Shown one piece after another: positions 38,881-47,537 of a stretch of DNA of 64,000 bases. The translations under genes and the position numbers were made by a program. Under the pieces are notes generated by a model, which saw only the letters and a list, made by a program, of their open reading frames with translations, was not told the DNA's origin and searched no databases. Location: positions 40,229-104,228 of the forward strand of contig JAYFQF010000005.1 in NCBI GenBank assembly GCA_034927285.1, in the 5' to 3' direction. Each line of letters opens with the position of its first letter. Within the stretch, counting starts at the first letter, position 1. The stretch is from Peptococcaceae bacterium. GTDB taxonomy: Bacteria > Bacillota > Peptococcia > DRI-13 > UBA5745.

Positions 38881-40458
38881 ATGACTCTGGGACTCTTTGA
38901 CGTAATCGGGCCGGTGATGCACGGCCCCTCCAGCAACCATACCGGCGGCGCCAACCGCATCGGCTATCTGGCACGGCAGCTGATGGGGGGCAGGCCGGAA
39001 AAAATCCGTTTGGGCTTTCATCCGGCCTATATGGGTTCCTATACCGGCCAGAAAAGTCATACGGCCCTCATCGCCGGCTGCCTGGGCTTCCGGGAATATG
39101 ACGACGAAAGCACCCAATCCCTGGAAATCGCCGCAAAGCTGGGCATTCCCTGGGAGGCCTATGCCATCGGCGAAACCGGGCGCAGCCGCAATACGATGCG
39201 GGTGACAGGAGAAATCCGGGGCCAGCTCTGGGAGATCAACGGCGACTCCGTCGGCGGCGGCAATATCCTCATCGACCGGATCAACGGACTGGAGGTCAGC
39301 CTGGACGGCAATACCTGGGAAGTCATGGCTTCTGCCGACACCGACGCCCTGCTGCGGGAGCTCCTGGATTTTCTGGCCGGGCTGGACGGCTGCAAAACAG
39401 CAGTTTCCGGGCAGGCCCTGGAGCAGCGCTTCCTTTGCTGCGGCACCTTTTCCCAGGAGCCGCCCTCCGCGGCAGCCCTGCCTCCCTCCCTGAAGCAGGC
39501 GGAAGAGGAAGGCCGGCTGGTCTGGCGGGTGGTGCCGCCCTTGTACAAATTCAGCGATTCCGGCTGTCCTCCCCTTTTTACTACCTTCGCCCAGCTTTTG
39601 GCGCTGTGCCGGGACAGGGACATCCTGGACGTCATCCTGGAGTACGAAAGCCGCCGCAGCCAGGTAACCAAAGAAGAGGTGCTGGCGGAAGCGGAATACC
39701 TGGTGGAAGTCATCGCCGGCGCCCTGGCAAAGGGGGAGAAGGAAGAGATCCGGCTGATCGGGATGCTTACGGACCCTGGCGACGGCAAAAGGATGCTGGC
39801 CTGGGCTGCCTCCGGCCAGGCCGTAGTTAACGAAATGTTTGCCAAAGGCCTGGGCCGGGCCATGATCCTGGCCCAGCTGAACGCGGCTGCCGGCCGCATC
39901 GTGGCCGCCCCTACGGGAGGTTCCGCCGGCAGCCTGCCCGGCACTCTCTTCTCTGCGGCAGAGCGTTACGATAAGGATAAAAAGGAGTTGGCCAAGGCTT
40001 TCCTGATCGCCGGGGCCATCGGCCTGATCGTCGGTAATCAGGCCTCGTTTTCCGGCACCATCGGCGGCTGTCAGAGCGAGGTAGGCATCGGCGCCGCCAT
40101 GGGCGCCAGCGGCGTGATCTGGCTGGCCGGAGGCACGGCGGAGGAGATCGTTCAGGGCGCGGCCATTGCCTTAAAGAATGTGCTGGGACTGACCTGTGAT
40201 CCCCCGGCCAGTCCCACGGAAATTCCCTGCATCAAACGCAACGCCATGGGGGTGGCCATGGCCTTTTTCGGGGCGGAAATGGGGCTGGCGGGGATCCGTT
40301 CCGCCATTGCTCCCGACGACGTGGTGGCGGCTCTGGCGGAGACCCAGCGTCTGATGCCCATGGAGCTTAAATTCTCCCACTGCGGCGGGCTGGCCGCCAC
40401 CAAATCCGGCCGGGAGCTGAACAAACAGTGGCAGGAGCGGCTGAAAACCCTGAAATAA
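38881..40458 (+). CDS. sdaA: L-serine ammonia-lyase, iron-sulfur-dependent, fused beta-alpha form
   Basis: The N-terminus FDVIGPVMHGPSSNHTGG is the beta-domain motif. The alpha domain carries GGCQSEVGIGAAMGA and LGLTCDPPASPTEIPCIKRNAMG (cluster Cys residues). The RBS is GAGGAGG. Confidence 0.88.
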   Translation: MTLGLFDVIGPVMHGPSSNHTGGANRIGYLARQLMGGRPEKIRLGFHPAYMGSYTGQKSHTALIAGCLGFREYDDESTQSLEIAAKLGIPWEAYAIGETGRSRNTMRVTGEIRGQLWEINGDSVGGGNILIDRINGLEVSLDGNTWEVMASADTDALLRELLDFLAGLDGCKTAVSGQALEQRFLCCGTFSQEPPSAAALPPSLKQAEEEGRLVWRVVPPLYKFSDSGCPPLFTTFAQLLALCRDRDILDVILEYESRRSQVTKEEVLAEAEYLVEVIAGALAKGEKEEIRLIGMLTDPGDGKRMLAWAASGQAVVNEMFAKGLGRAMILAQLNAAAGRIVAAPTGGSAGSLPGTLFSAAERYDKDKKELAKAFLIAGAIGLIVGNQASFSGTIGGCQSEVGIGAAMGASGVIWLAGGTAEEIVQGAAIALKNVLGLTCDPPASPTEIPCIKRNAMGVAMAFFGAEMGLAGIRSAIAPDDVVAALAETQRLMPMELKFSHCGGLAATKSGRELNKQWQERLKTLK

Positions 40459-40462
40459 GCCG

Positions 40463-40488
40463 CCCGGCGGTGGTTTCCGCCGTTTTTG
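40463..40488 (+). terminator. rho-independent terminator after sdaA
   Basis: CGGCGG-tggttt-CCGCCG followed by TTTTT. Confidence 0.7.
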
Positions 40489-40569
40489 GATAAGGCAGGC
40501 AAGGCCTCCCCGGCCATTGCCTAAGCCCTTCAAACATGGTAAACTAGCCATGAATGGAGGGCTTTTTTC

Positions 40570-41055
40570 ATGAAAGCAAAAAAAACCAACGCGGCCCGGC
40601 TCCTGGACAGCCCGAGCGTGCCTTATGAGCTGATCGAATACCAGGCCGACGAAAATGACCTGAGCGCCCGGCACGTGGCGGAAGCCACCGGTCAGCCCCT
40701 GGAGCGGATTTTCAAGACCCTGGTGGCTAAAGGGGACAAGCATGGCATTTTGGTTGCCTGTATTCCCGGGGGCCGGGAGCTGGATCTGAAAGCTCTGGCT
40801 CAGGAAAGCGGAAATAAAAAAGTGGAGCTGGTGCCCATGAAAGATATTCTGGGGCTTACCGGTTATATCCGGGGCGGCTGCTCGCCCCTGGCCATGAAAA
40901 AGTCGTATCCCACCTATATCGACGCCTCGGCTCAGTCCTTTGACCGGATTATCGTCAGCGCCGGCCAGCGCGGCCTTCAACTGGTCTTAAGCCCACAGGC
41001 CCTGGCCTCTGCCGCCGGCGGGCGCTTTTGCGCCGTCAGTATCGAGGAGGGATAA
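40570..41055 (+). CDS. ybaK: Cys-tRNA(Pro)/Cys-tRNA(Cys) deacylase YbaK
   Basis: 161 aa. Contains TNAARLLD, IFKTLV and LTGYIRGGCSPLAMKK, typical of YbaK/EbsC. Confidence 0.88.
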   Translation: MKAKKTNAARLLDSPSVPYELIEYQADENDLSARHVAEATGQPLERIFKTLVAKGDKHGILVACIPGGRELDLKALAQESGNKKVELVPMKDILGLTGYIRGGCSPLAMKKSYPTYIDASAQSFDRIIVSAGQRGLQLVLSPQALASAAGGRFCAVSIEEG

Positions 41056-41057
41056 CT

Positions 41058-42029
41058 TTGCGCAAAGGTCTGCTGATTTATAACCCTCTGTCGGGAGCCC
41101 AGTCCGTGCCTAAAGGGCTGGATGATCTGATGGCTTACGCCATGAAAAAAGATCTTTTGCTTACTCCCCTGCGTTTAAATGACGCCCCGGATTTCCAGCA
41201 GTTTATGGTTCAGCTGCTGCGGGAGCCCTGGGTTGAGTTTGTCATCGCTTCCGGCGGCGACGGCACCTTAAGCAGCATTGCCCAGCTGATCCTGGAAAAC
41301 CGGCCGGAGCTGCCCATGGGGATCATCCCGGCCGGTACCTGCAACGACTTTGCCGAAAGTCTGTATCTGCCTGCCGACCCCTTCGACTGTCTGGATGTGG
41401 TGGCGGAAAACAACTGCCTGGGGCTGGACGTAGGGCGGGTAAACGGCGAAAGGATCTTCCTCAGCACCTGCGCCGCCGGGGTTTTTGTCAACACTTCCTT
41501 TACCACCAACAGCCAGTTGAAAAAATCCCTGGGGCCTCTGGCTTACTATTTTTCCGCCTTAGGCGAACTCCACAATGTCCGGGCCTTTCCCTTGCGCATC
41601 GAAACCGAGACCGAGGTCATTGAAGACGACTTTCTGCTTTTCCTGCTGATCAACGGCAGCCAGGCCGCCGGCTTTTCCAAGCTCTATCCCAAAGCTCTGA
41701 TGAGCGACGGACTGATGGACCTGCTTTTGATCCGCAACGTCCCCCGTTTCGAACTGCCCAACCTGTTGATCGAGCTGGTAAACCGGGAAAGCGGTGACGG
41801 TAAATTCTTCCGGCATATCCGGGCCGGCCATTTCCGGTTCACCACCACCGCCAACCTTTTGACCACCCAGGACGGCGAGCGGGGGCTGCCCCTGCCTTTG
41901 GAGGTGGAGGTATTGGCCACCGCCCTGAAGGTCTTTATCCGGGACCCCGAAGCTTCCGGCCGCCGGCTGAAAAAAAGCAGACCGGAGATCATGGACTACA
42001 GCCTGTTCCAGGGACCTTATCCGGACTGA
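41058..42029 (+). CDS. diacylglycerol/lipid kinase family protein (YegS/DagK-like)
   Basis: TTG at 41058, 7 nt after GAGGAGGG, preferred over the in-gene ATG at 41028. Contains LLIYNPLSG and ASGGDGTLSSIAQ. Confidence 0.85.
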   Translation: MRKGLLIYNPLSGAQSVPKGLDDLMAYAMKKDLLLTPLRLNDAPDFQQFMVQLLREPWVEFVIASGGDGTLSSIAQLILENRPELPMGIIPAGTCNDFAESLYLPADPFDCLDVVAENNCLGLDVGRVNGERIFLSTCAAGVFVNTSFTTNSQLKKSLGPLAYYFSALGELHNVRAFPLRIETETEVIEDDFLLFLLINGSQAAGFSKLYPKALMSDGLMDLLLIRNVPRFELPNLLIELVNRESGDGKFFRHIRAGHFRFTTTANLLTTQDGERGLPLPLEVEVLATALKVFIRDPEASGRRLKKSRPEIMDYSLFQGPYPD

Positions 42030-42048
42030 CCGCCCTTTGAAAAACCCA

Positions 42049-42098
42049 AGCCCGGGGCTTGCGCTGAATCAGCGTAAACCCCGGGCTGATTTTTTTCT
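42049..42098. terminator. bidirectional terminator (dagK and the nucleoside ABC operon)
   Basis: AGCCCGGGG...CCCCGGGCT with an inner GCGCTGA/TCAGCG stem, then T7. Confidence 0.8.
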
Positions 42099-42134
42099 GT
42101 GCAGGATACGGAAAAGCTTCTCCGGCCCGCCGCC

Positions 42135-43091
42135 TCAGCGGTCTTCCCGGAAGTAGGAATTTCCCAGGCCTGCCGGCGGGTTGTATTCTTCTTTTTTCCG
42201 CAGGTTGATGAAAACCAGCACCAAAATCGTGGTCAGATAGGGCAGCATATCCAAAAGCTGAGCGTTTACCACCACCACGGTGCCAAACAAAGCGATCCCG
42301 CTTTGGAAACGGAAGCCCAGGGAACGGATGGCGCCGAAAAGATAGGCGCCCAAAATGGCCCGCAGGGGATTCCAGATTGAGAAAATCACCATGGCCACGG
42401 CGATCCAGCCGGCGCCGGCGGAAAGCTCATTTTGCCAGATGCCGGCGTAAATCATGGATAAATAACAGCCTCCCAGGCCGCAAAGCAGGCCCCCGATCAG
42501 TACGTTTATATACTTATACAACGTAACATTAATGCCGGAAGCGTCGGCGGCGCCGGGGTTTTCCCCGATCATCCGGGTATTCAGGCCCAGGCTGGTGCGG
42601 GTGTAAAAGATGTATAAAACAACAGCCAGCACCACCCCCAGCCAGACAAAGGGGCTTTGCTTAAAAAAGACTTCCCCCAAAACCGGGATCCGGGAAAGCA
42701 GGGGGATATCCCGGGGGCCCAGGGTGGCGGCGATCACCTTGGGCAGGGAAACCCCGGCCATGGTTTTGCCCAGCATACTGGAGACCCCTGTGCCGAAGAT
42801 GGTCAGGGCCAGGCCGGTGACCACCTGGTTTGTCCGCAGAGTGACGGTGGCCAGGGCATACAGCAGAGAGGCCAGGACGCTGGCCAGGCAGCCGGCCAAA
42901 AGAGCCAGCCAGGGATTGGCGGTATTTAAGGCTACGTAAAAGCTGAAGGCGCCGCCCAAAAGCATCAGGCCTTCCAGACCCAAGTTCATATTCCCTGCCT
43001 TTTCGCAGAGAATGCCTCCCAGGGTGGCAAAGAGCACATGGGTGCCCAGGGCCGCGATGGAAGCCATAAAAATCGTAAAAGTCTCCAGCAT
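42135..43091 (-). CDS. BMP-family (nucleoside/simple-sugar type) ABC transporter permease
   Basis: 318 aa, about 9 TM helices, YufQ/NupQ-like. It is contiguous with its partner permease. Confidence 0.85.
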   Translation of the reverse strand: MLETFTIFMASIAALGTHVLFATLGGILCEKAGNMNLGLEGLMLLGGAFSFYVALNTANPWLALLAGCLASVLASLLYALATVTLRTNQVVTGLALTIFGTGVSSMLGKTMAGVSLPKVIAATLGPRDIPLLSRIPVLGEVFFKQSPFVWLGVVLAVVLYIFYTRTSLGLNTRMIGENPGAADASGINVTLYKYINVLIGGLLCGLGGCYLSMIYAGIWQNELSAGAGWIAVAMVIFSIWNPLRAILGAYLFGAIRSLGFRFQSGIALFGTVVVVNAQLLDMLPYLTTILVLVFINLRKKEEYNPPAGLGNSYFREDR

Positions 43092-44168
43092 TTACGCCGC
43101 CTCCTTTTCGCCGGCCCCGCCGGCCTTTTTTTCTCTGACTAAGGAAACTTTATACTGGAGGAAAAACTCGCTGCCCAGCACGAAGAAAATAATCAGTCCC
43201 TGCAGCATCTGCGCCACGCTGGCGGAGATCCGCATAGAAGTTTCCAGAAAGCTGCCGCCCTGCAGCAGAAGGCCGAACAAGAAGGAAGTCAGCACCACGC
43301 CCGGAGCCGAAAGCCGGCCCAGCCAAGTGGTGATGACGGCGGTGAACCCTAAGCCACCGGTGATATTGGAGTTCAACGTCTTTTCCACGGCAGAGGCCTG
43401 GATCATCCCGGTAACACCGCAAAGGGCCCCGGAAATCAGCATGGTGACCACGATGATCTTCATCACGTTAATGCCGGAGTATTTGGCCGTGGTCCGGCTT
43501 TCGCCGATAACGGCAATTTCATAGCCCAGCTTGGTGCGGGTGAGCAGGACATGGATGATCAGCGCCAGCACCAGGGCGATCACCCAGCCGATGTGGATGC
43601 CGAGAAAGCCGGGCAGGATGGCGTTGGCATTAAAGGAGGCGATCTTGGGGAAGGCCCCGTCCTTCCAGGGACCGTATTGCAGATAGGTGATCCACTTCAG
43701 GGCGATATAGTTCAGCATCAGGGTCACCAGGGTTTCGCTGGTATCCAGCCGCGTCTTTAACAGGGCCGGGATCAGGGCCCAGAGGCCGCCCCAGACTGCC
43801 GCCGCGGCAAACATCAGCGGCAGAAGGACAAGGGCGGGAAGCTGTCCGTAATTAAGGGCGATATAAGAAGCGCCAAAGGCCCCCATGGCCATCTGCCCCT
43901 CTGCCCCGATATTCCAGAATTTCATTTTAAAGGCCACCGCCACGCCCAGGGAAAGGATGGTCAGCGGAATAACTTTGTTAAACATGCCCTTTACCCGGTA
44001 GGCGGAACCCAGGGCGCCGTTGACGATCTGAATATATACCTTAAAGGGGTTATGGCCCATGACCGCCATGACAATCCCGGCGGCGGCCAGAGCGGCGATA
44101 ATGGCCGCCAACTGCATCATCAGCTCTTTGCCAAAAGGCGCTTCCGGTTTTCTGGTCAGCTTGATCAT
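43092..44168 (-). CDS. BMP-family ABC transporter permease
   Basis: 358 aa, YufP/NupP-like, polytopic. Its start overlaps the ATPase stop. Confidence 0.85.
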   Translation of the reverse strand: MIKLTRKPEAPFGKELMMQLAAIIAALAAAGIVMAVMGHNPFKVYIQIVNGALGSAYRVKGMFNKVIPLTILSLGVAVAFKMKFWNIGAEGQMAMGAFGASYIALNYGQLPALVLLPLMFAAAAVWGGLWALIPALLKTRLDTSETLVTLMLNYIALKWITYLQYGPWKDGAFPKIASFNANAILPGFLGIHIGWVIALVLALIIHVLLTRTKLGYEIAVIGESRTTAKYSGINVMKIIVVTMLISGALCGVTGMIQASAVEKTLNSNITGGLGFTAVITTWLGRLSAPGVVLTSFLFGLLLQGGSFLETSMRISASVAQMLQGLIIFFVLGSEFFLQYKVSLVREKKAGGAGEKEAA

Positions 44169-45694
44169 GCGGACGCCTCCTTATCTGCGGATTTTTCCCC
44201 CAGCATCAAAAGCCCCACCTCTTCTTTGGTCACCCGGCGGGGATCCAGGATATCCATCACCCGCCCGTCATGAATGACCATCAGCCGGTCGCAGAGGGAA
44301 AGCAAAACGTCCAGGTCCTCGCCGATCAGCAGAACCGCCACGCCCCGGCCTTTTTGCTGGTTCAAAATATCATAGACGTTATATGAAGCGCCGATATCCA
44401 GCCCCCGCACCGGATAAGCCGTGATCAGCAGAGAAGGATTCAAATCAACCTCCCGGCCTAAAAGCACCTTCTGAATATTGCCGCCGGAGAGCTTACGGAG
44501 AATATGCTTTACCGAGGGAGTGGAGATATCGAAGCGCTCCACGATCTCCTGGGCCTTGGCCTGGCCGCCGGCCTTATCAATGAAAATCCCCGGGCTTTTC
44601 TGAAAGGTGCGCAGCATAACGTTGGAGATAATGTCCATTCCGCCCACCAGGCCCATGCCCAGGCGGTCTTCCGGCACAAAAGACATGCTGACGCCCTTGC
44701 GCAGGATCTCGATGGGGCTCAGGCCCAGGATTTCTTCCCCTGCCAGTTTAACGCTGCCGCCGGTGGCCTCATGGAGGCCGGCGATGGTTTCACAAATTTC
44801 CTTCTGGCCGCTGCCGGCGATTCCCGCCACTCCCAGGATCTCGCCGCCGTAGACCTGGAAGCTGGCCTCTCTCAGGGCCGGCAGGCCATGAGCTCCCATG
44901 GCCGACAGGTCTTTTACCTCCAGCACCGGCTTTTCCGACTGTTTTGCCTCGGTCCGCCGGATATTTAAATCGATGGGCCGGCCCACCATCATCTCCGTCA
45001 GCTGCTGGGCATTGGTCTCGGCGGTTTTGATGGTGCCGATATGACAGCCCCTGCGCAGGATGGTGACCCGGTCGCTGATCTCCATGACCTCATGAAGCTT
45101 GTGGGTAATGATAATAATGGCGCAGCCCTTGGACTTCATATTCCGCAGGATTTCAAAAAGCCGCTGGGTTTCCTGGGGCGTCAGCACCGCCGTAGGTTCG
45201 TCCAGGATCAGTACATTTGCGCCCCGGACCAGCATCTTCACGATCTCCACCGTCTGCTTTTCCCCTACGGACATATTATATATCTTCTCCTCCGGGTCCA
45301 GCTTCAGGCCGTAACCGTCGCAAAGCGCCTTTATTTTCCGGGAAATTTCTTTGCCCTTCAGAAAGAAGGACTTTTCATGGCCGGCGATGATATTCTCCTT
45401 GGCGGTAAAGACTTCCACCAGTTTAAAATGCTGGTGCACCATGCCGATCCCATGCCGGATGGCTTCCTTAGGCGAAGCAAAGCTCACCTCCCGGCCGCCG
45501 ATCAGGATGCTGCCGGCGTCGGGGCTGTAGATCCCTGTCAGCATGTTCATCAGGGTACTTTTTCCGGAGCCGTTTTCTCCTAAAATGGCATGAATCTCCC
45601 CCCGCTCCACAGAGAGCTGCACATCCCGGTTGGCCTGAACCTGGCCAAAACACTTGCATATGCCCTCCATCCGGACGTAAGCTTCCGAGGCCAT
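44165..45694 (-). CDS. ABC transporter ATP-binding protein, duplicated ATPase (YufO/NupO/RnsA-like)
   Basis: Trimmed to MASEAYVRMEGI at 45694. It has two NBDs (GENGSGKST; the second Walker A is degenerate, GIAGSGQ). Confidence 0.9.
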   Translation of the reverse strand: MASEAYVRMEGICKCFGQVQANRDVQLSVERGEIHAILGENGSGKSTLMNMLTGIYSPDAGSILIGGREVSFASPKEAIRHGIGMVHQHFKLVEVFTAKENIIAGHEKSFFLKGKEISRKIKALCDGYGLKLDPEEKIYNMSVGEKQTVEIVKMLVRGANVLILDEPTAVLTPQETQRLFEILRNMKSKGCAIIIITHKLHEVMEISDRVTILRRGCHIGTIKTAETNAQQLTEMMVGRPIDLNIRRTEAKQSEKPVLEVKDLSAMGAHGLPALREASFQVYGGEILGVAGIAGSGQKEICETIAGLHEATGGSVKLAGEEILGLSPIEILRKGVSMSFVPEDRLGMGLVGGMDIISNVMLRTFQKSPGIFIDKAGGQAKAQEIVERFDISTPSVKHILRKLSGGNIQKVLLGREVDLNPSLLITAYPVRGLDIGASYNVYDILNQQKGRGVAVLLIGEDLDVLLSLCDRLMVIHDGRVMDILDPRRVTKEEVGLLMLGEKSADKEASA

Positions 45695-45866
45695 AGAACC
45701 CCCCCTTATCGAAAAGTCTGATTTCCAGGCGCTCCCCCGGCGGCAACAGGGCCTTTGTCCGCCGATAAGCATATAGTTTATTTTATCATAAGATCATAAA
45801 AAAGGGACTGTCTTTTGCAGACAGCCCCGAAAAATTCTAACGGTTTTTTCCCAAAAGGTTCAGCGG

Positions 45867-47018
45867 TCAGGAAAGAGAACCGACAACGCCCTCTACCAGC
45901 CATTCCATATTCCAGACTTCCTCTGGGGTCATATCCTTGGCTTTTACCTCGCCGTTTTGGTCTTTGATTTCGCCCTGGAAAGGATCAAAGGTACCGGCGA
46001 TGATCTGGGCTTTCACTTCCTCCACTCTCTCGGCGGCGCCTTCCGGAGCCAGAGCAGTCAAGGCGTCGATGTCTACCCAGCCTTTATCCATGCCTTCCCA
46101 GTAAGCTTCGCCTTTCCAGGTGCCGTCGATGATGGCCTGGACGTTCTGGGTATAGAAATTCGCCCAGTTGAAAACGGCGGCGGTCATATAGGCGTCGGGA
46201 GCCACGTCGGGGGTGGGCACATTGTAGCCGACGCAGTAAGCCCCGGCTTCCTGGGCCGCCAGCTGAACGGTGGTGGAGTCATGGTGCTGGGCGATGACGT
46301 CGCAGCCTTTATTCAGCAGTTCCACAGCGCACTGTTTGGCCGCGGCCACATCGGTCCAGCTGTTTACCAGCATAAATTCCACGGTAGCCTCAGGATTTAC
46401 GGAGCGTACGCCCCGGGTGAAGGCGTTCATGCCCCGGATGCACTCGGCAAAAGGCATGGCCATAACATAACCGATTTTATTTGTTTCGGTCTTCATCCCG
46501 GCCACAATGCCGGTGAGATAGCGGGGCTGTTCGATCTTACCCATGTAGGTGCACATGTTTTCGGCGGTCATATAGCCGGTGGCATGGCCAAAATACAGAT
46601 CCGGATGGGCCTTGGCCATATTCAGCGTTCCTTCCATATGGCCGAAGCTGGTGGCATAAATCACGTTGCAGCCCAGGTCGATCAGCTCGCTGATGGCGGT
46701 TTCTACCTCGGCGGTGCTTTCGGGTACGTTTTCTTTATACTCGCAGGCGATGCCTTCGGCTTCCAGAGCCAGCCTGCCCTTATCGTGACCCTCATTGTAG
46801 CCGCCGTCCTTGATGTCGCCGATGTAGATAAATCCCACTTTGATGTCTTCCTTAGGGATTCCGGCGGTCTGGCTGCCTTCTCCCTCCGGAGCGCCGCCCT
46901 GGCTTTCTCCTCCGGGCTGGGGCGCCGGCTGCTGCGTTTCATTGCCGCAGCCGCCTAAGGCAAATACGGAGACGATCATCAGCATACACAAAAGCAGAGC
47001 CCATACTTTCTTTTGCAT
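45867..47018 (-). CDS. BMP family ABC transporter substrate-binding lipoprotein (PnrA/Med/TmpC-like)
   Basis: MQKKVWALLLCMLMIVSVFALGGCGN carries a lipobox. The body is BMP-like (VGFIYIGDIKDGGYNEGH). Confidence 0.88.
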   Translation of the reverse strand: MQKKVWALLLCMLMIVSVFALGGCGNETQQPAPQPGGESQGGAPEGEGSQTAGIPKEDIKVGFIYIGDIKDGGYNEGHDKGRLALEAEGIACEYKENVPESTAEVETAISELIDLGCNVIYATSFGHMEGTLNMAKAHPDLYFGHATGYMTAENMCTYMGKIEQPRYLTGIVAGMKTETNKIGYVMAMPFAECIRGMNAFTRGVRSVNPEATVEFMLVNSWTDVAAAKQCAVELLNKGCDVIAQHHDSTTVQLAAQEAGAYCVGYNVPTPDVAPDAYMTAAVFNWANFYTQNVQAIIDGTWKGEAYWEGMDKGWVDIDALTALAPEGAAERVEEVKAQIIAGTFDPFQGEIKDQNGEVKAKDMTPEEVWNMEWLVEGVVGSLS

Positions 47019-47118
47019 TCCTATAACTCCCTCCTCTAACCTCTCGGTGATTGAACAAACCCGCCCGGGTATTCTTTGCCCGGGCGTTTTCCTACAGCTT
47101 GATTATAAGTAATTTTTC

Positions 47119-47154
47119 AAAAAAAAGAAACCCCTATTTTCCAAAAGGGGTTTC
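47119..47154 (-). terminator. terminator of the small membrane-protein gene
   Basis: On the minus strand, GAAACCCCT-N10-AGGGGTTTC followed by T8. Confidence 0.75.
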
Positions 47155-47187
47155 GGAAAAGGCTCCGCCGCCGGGCCTGAGAATCCT

Positions 47188-47448
47188 TCAGCCTTTCATC
47201 ATATACCACAAAAAGGAACCCACGATCAGAGCCAGGTCGATCAGCCCAAAAAACAGGTCGTTTTTATAAATGGTAAACACGGCCAGCACGGCTCCGCCGG
47301 CGGCAAAGGCCATCAATCCATAATAAGAGGTCAACAGTCCGCCGTCGGCCAAAAGGTAAACCAACACGGCAAACAGGACGAAAAACAGCGCCTGGGCGAA
47401 TTTTACGCTGGGATCCATTTTTAGTCGCATCGCCGATTTCTCCCTCAA
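47188..47448 (-). CDS. hypothetical small membrane protein (2-3 TM)
   Basis: 86-aa ORF, hydrophobic (FAQALFFVLFAVLVYLL...). The start is ambiguous (Met 1, 7 or 11). Confidence 0.5.
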   Translation of the reverse strand: MREKSAMRLKMDPSVKFAQALFFVLFAVLVYLLADGGLLTSYYGLMAFAAGGAVLAVFTIYKNDLFFGLIDLALIVGSFLWYMMKG

Positions 47449-47537
47449 TCAAAATTCTCTCTCTTATTAGACGCACGAAAACCGGCATATGTTCCCTTTT
47501 TCCCAAAAAATTTATAAATTTTTACAGTTTTTCCTTT

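Noticed and set aside
47060-47092. CGCCCGGG-N9-CCCGGGCG hairpin upstream of the BMP operon, considered as a purine or nucleoside riboswitch.
   Set aside because: The leader is only about 100 nt and lacks any purine, preQ1 or 2'-dG riboswitch core that I can recognise. It may be a simple attenuator or terminator, which I do not consider worth a call.
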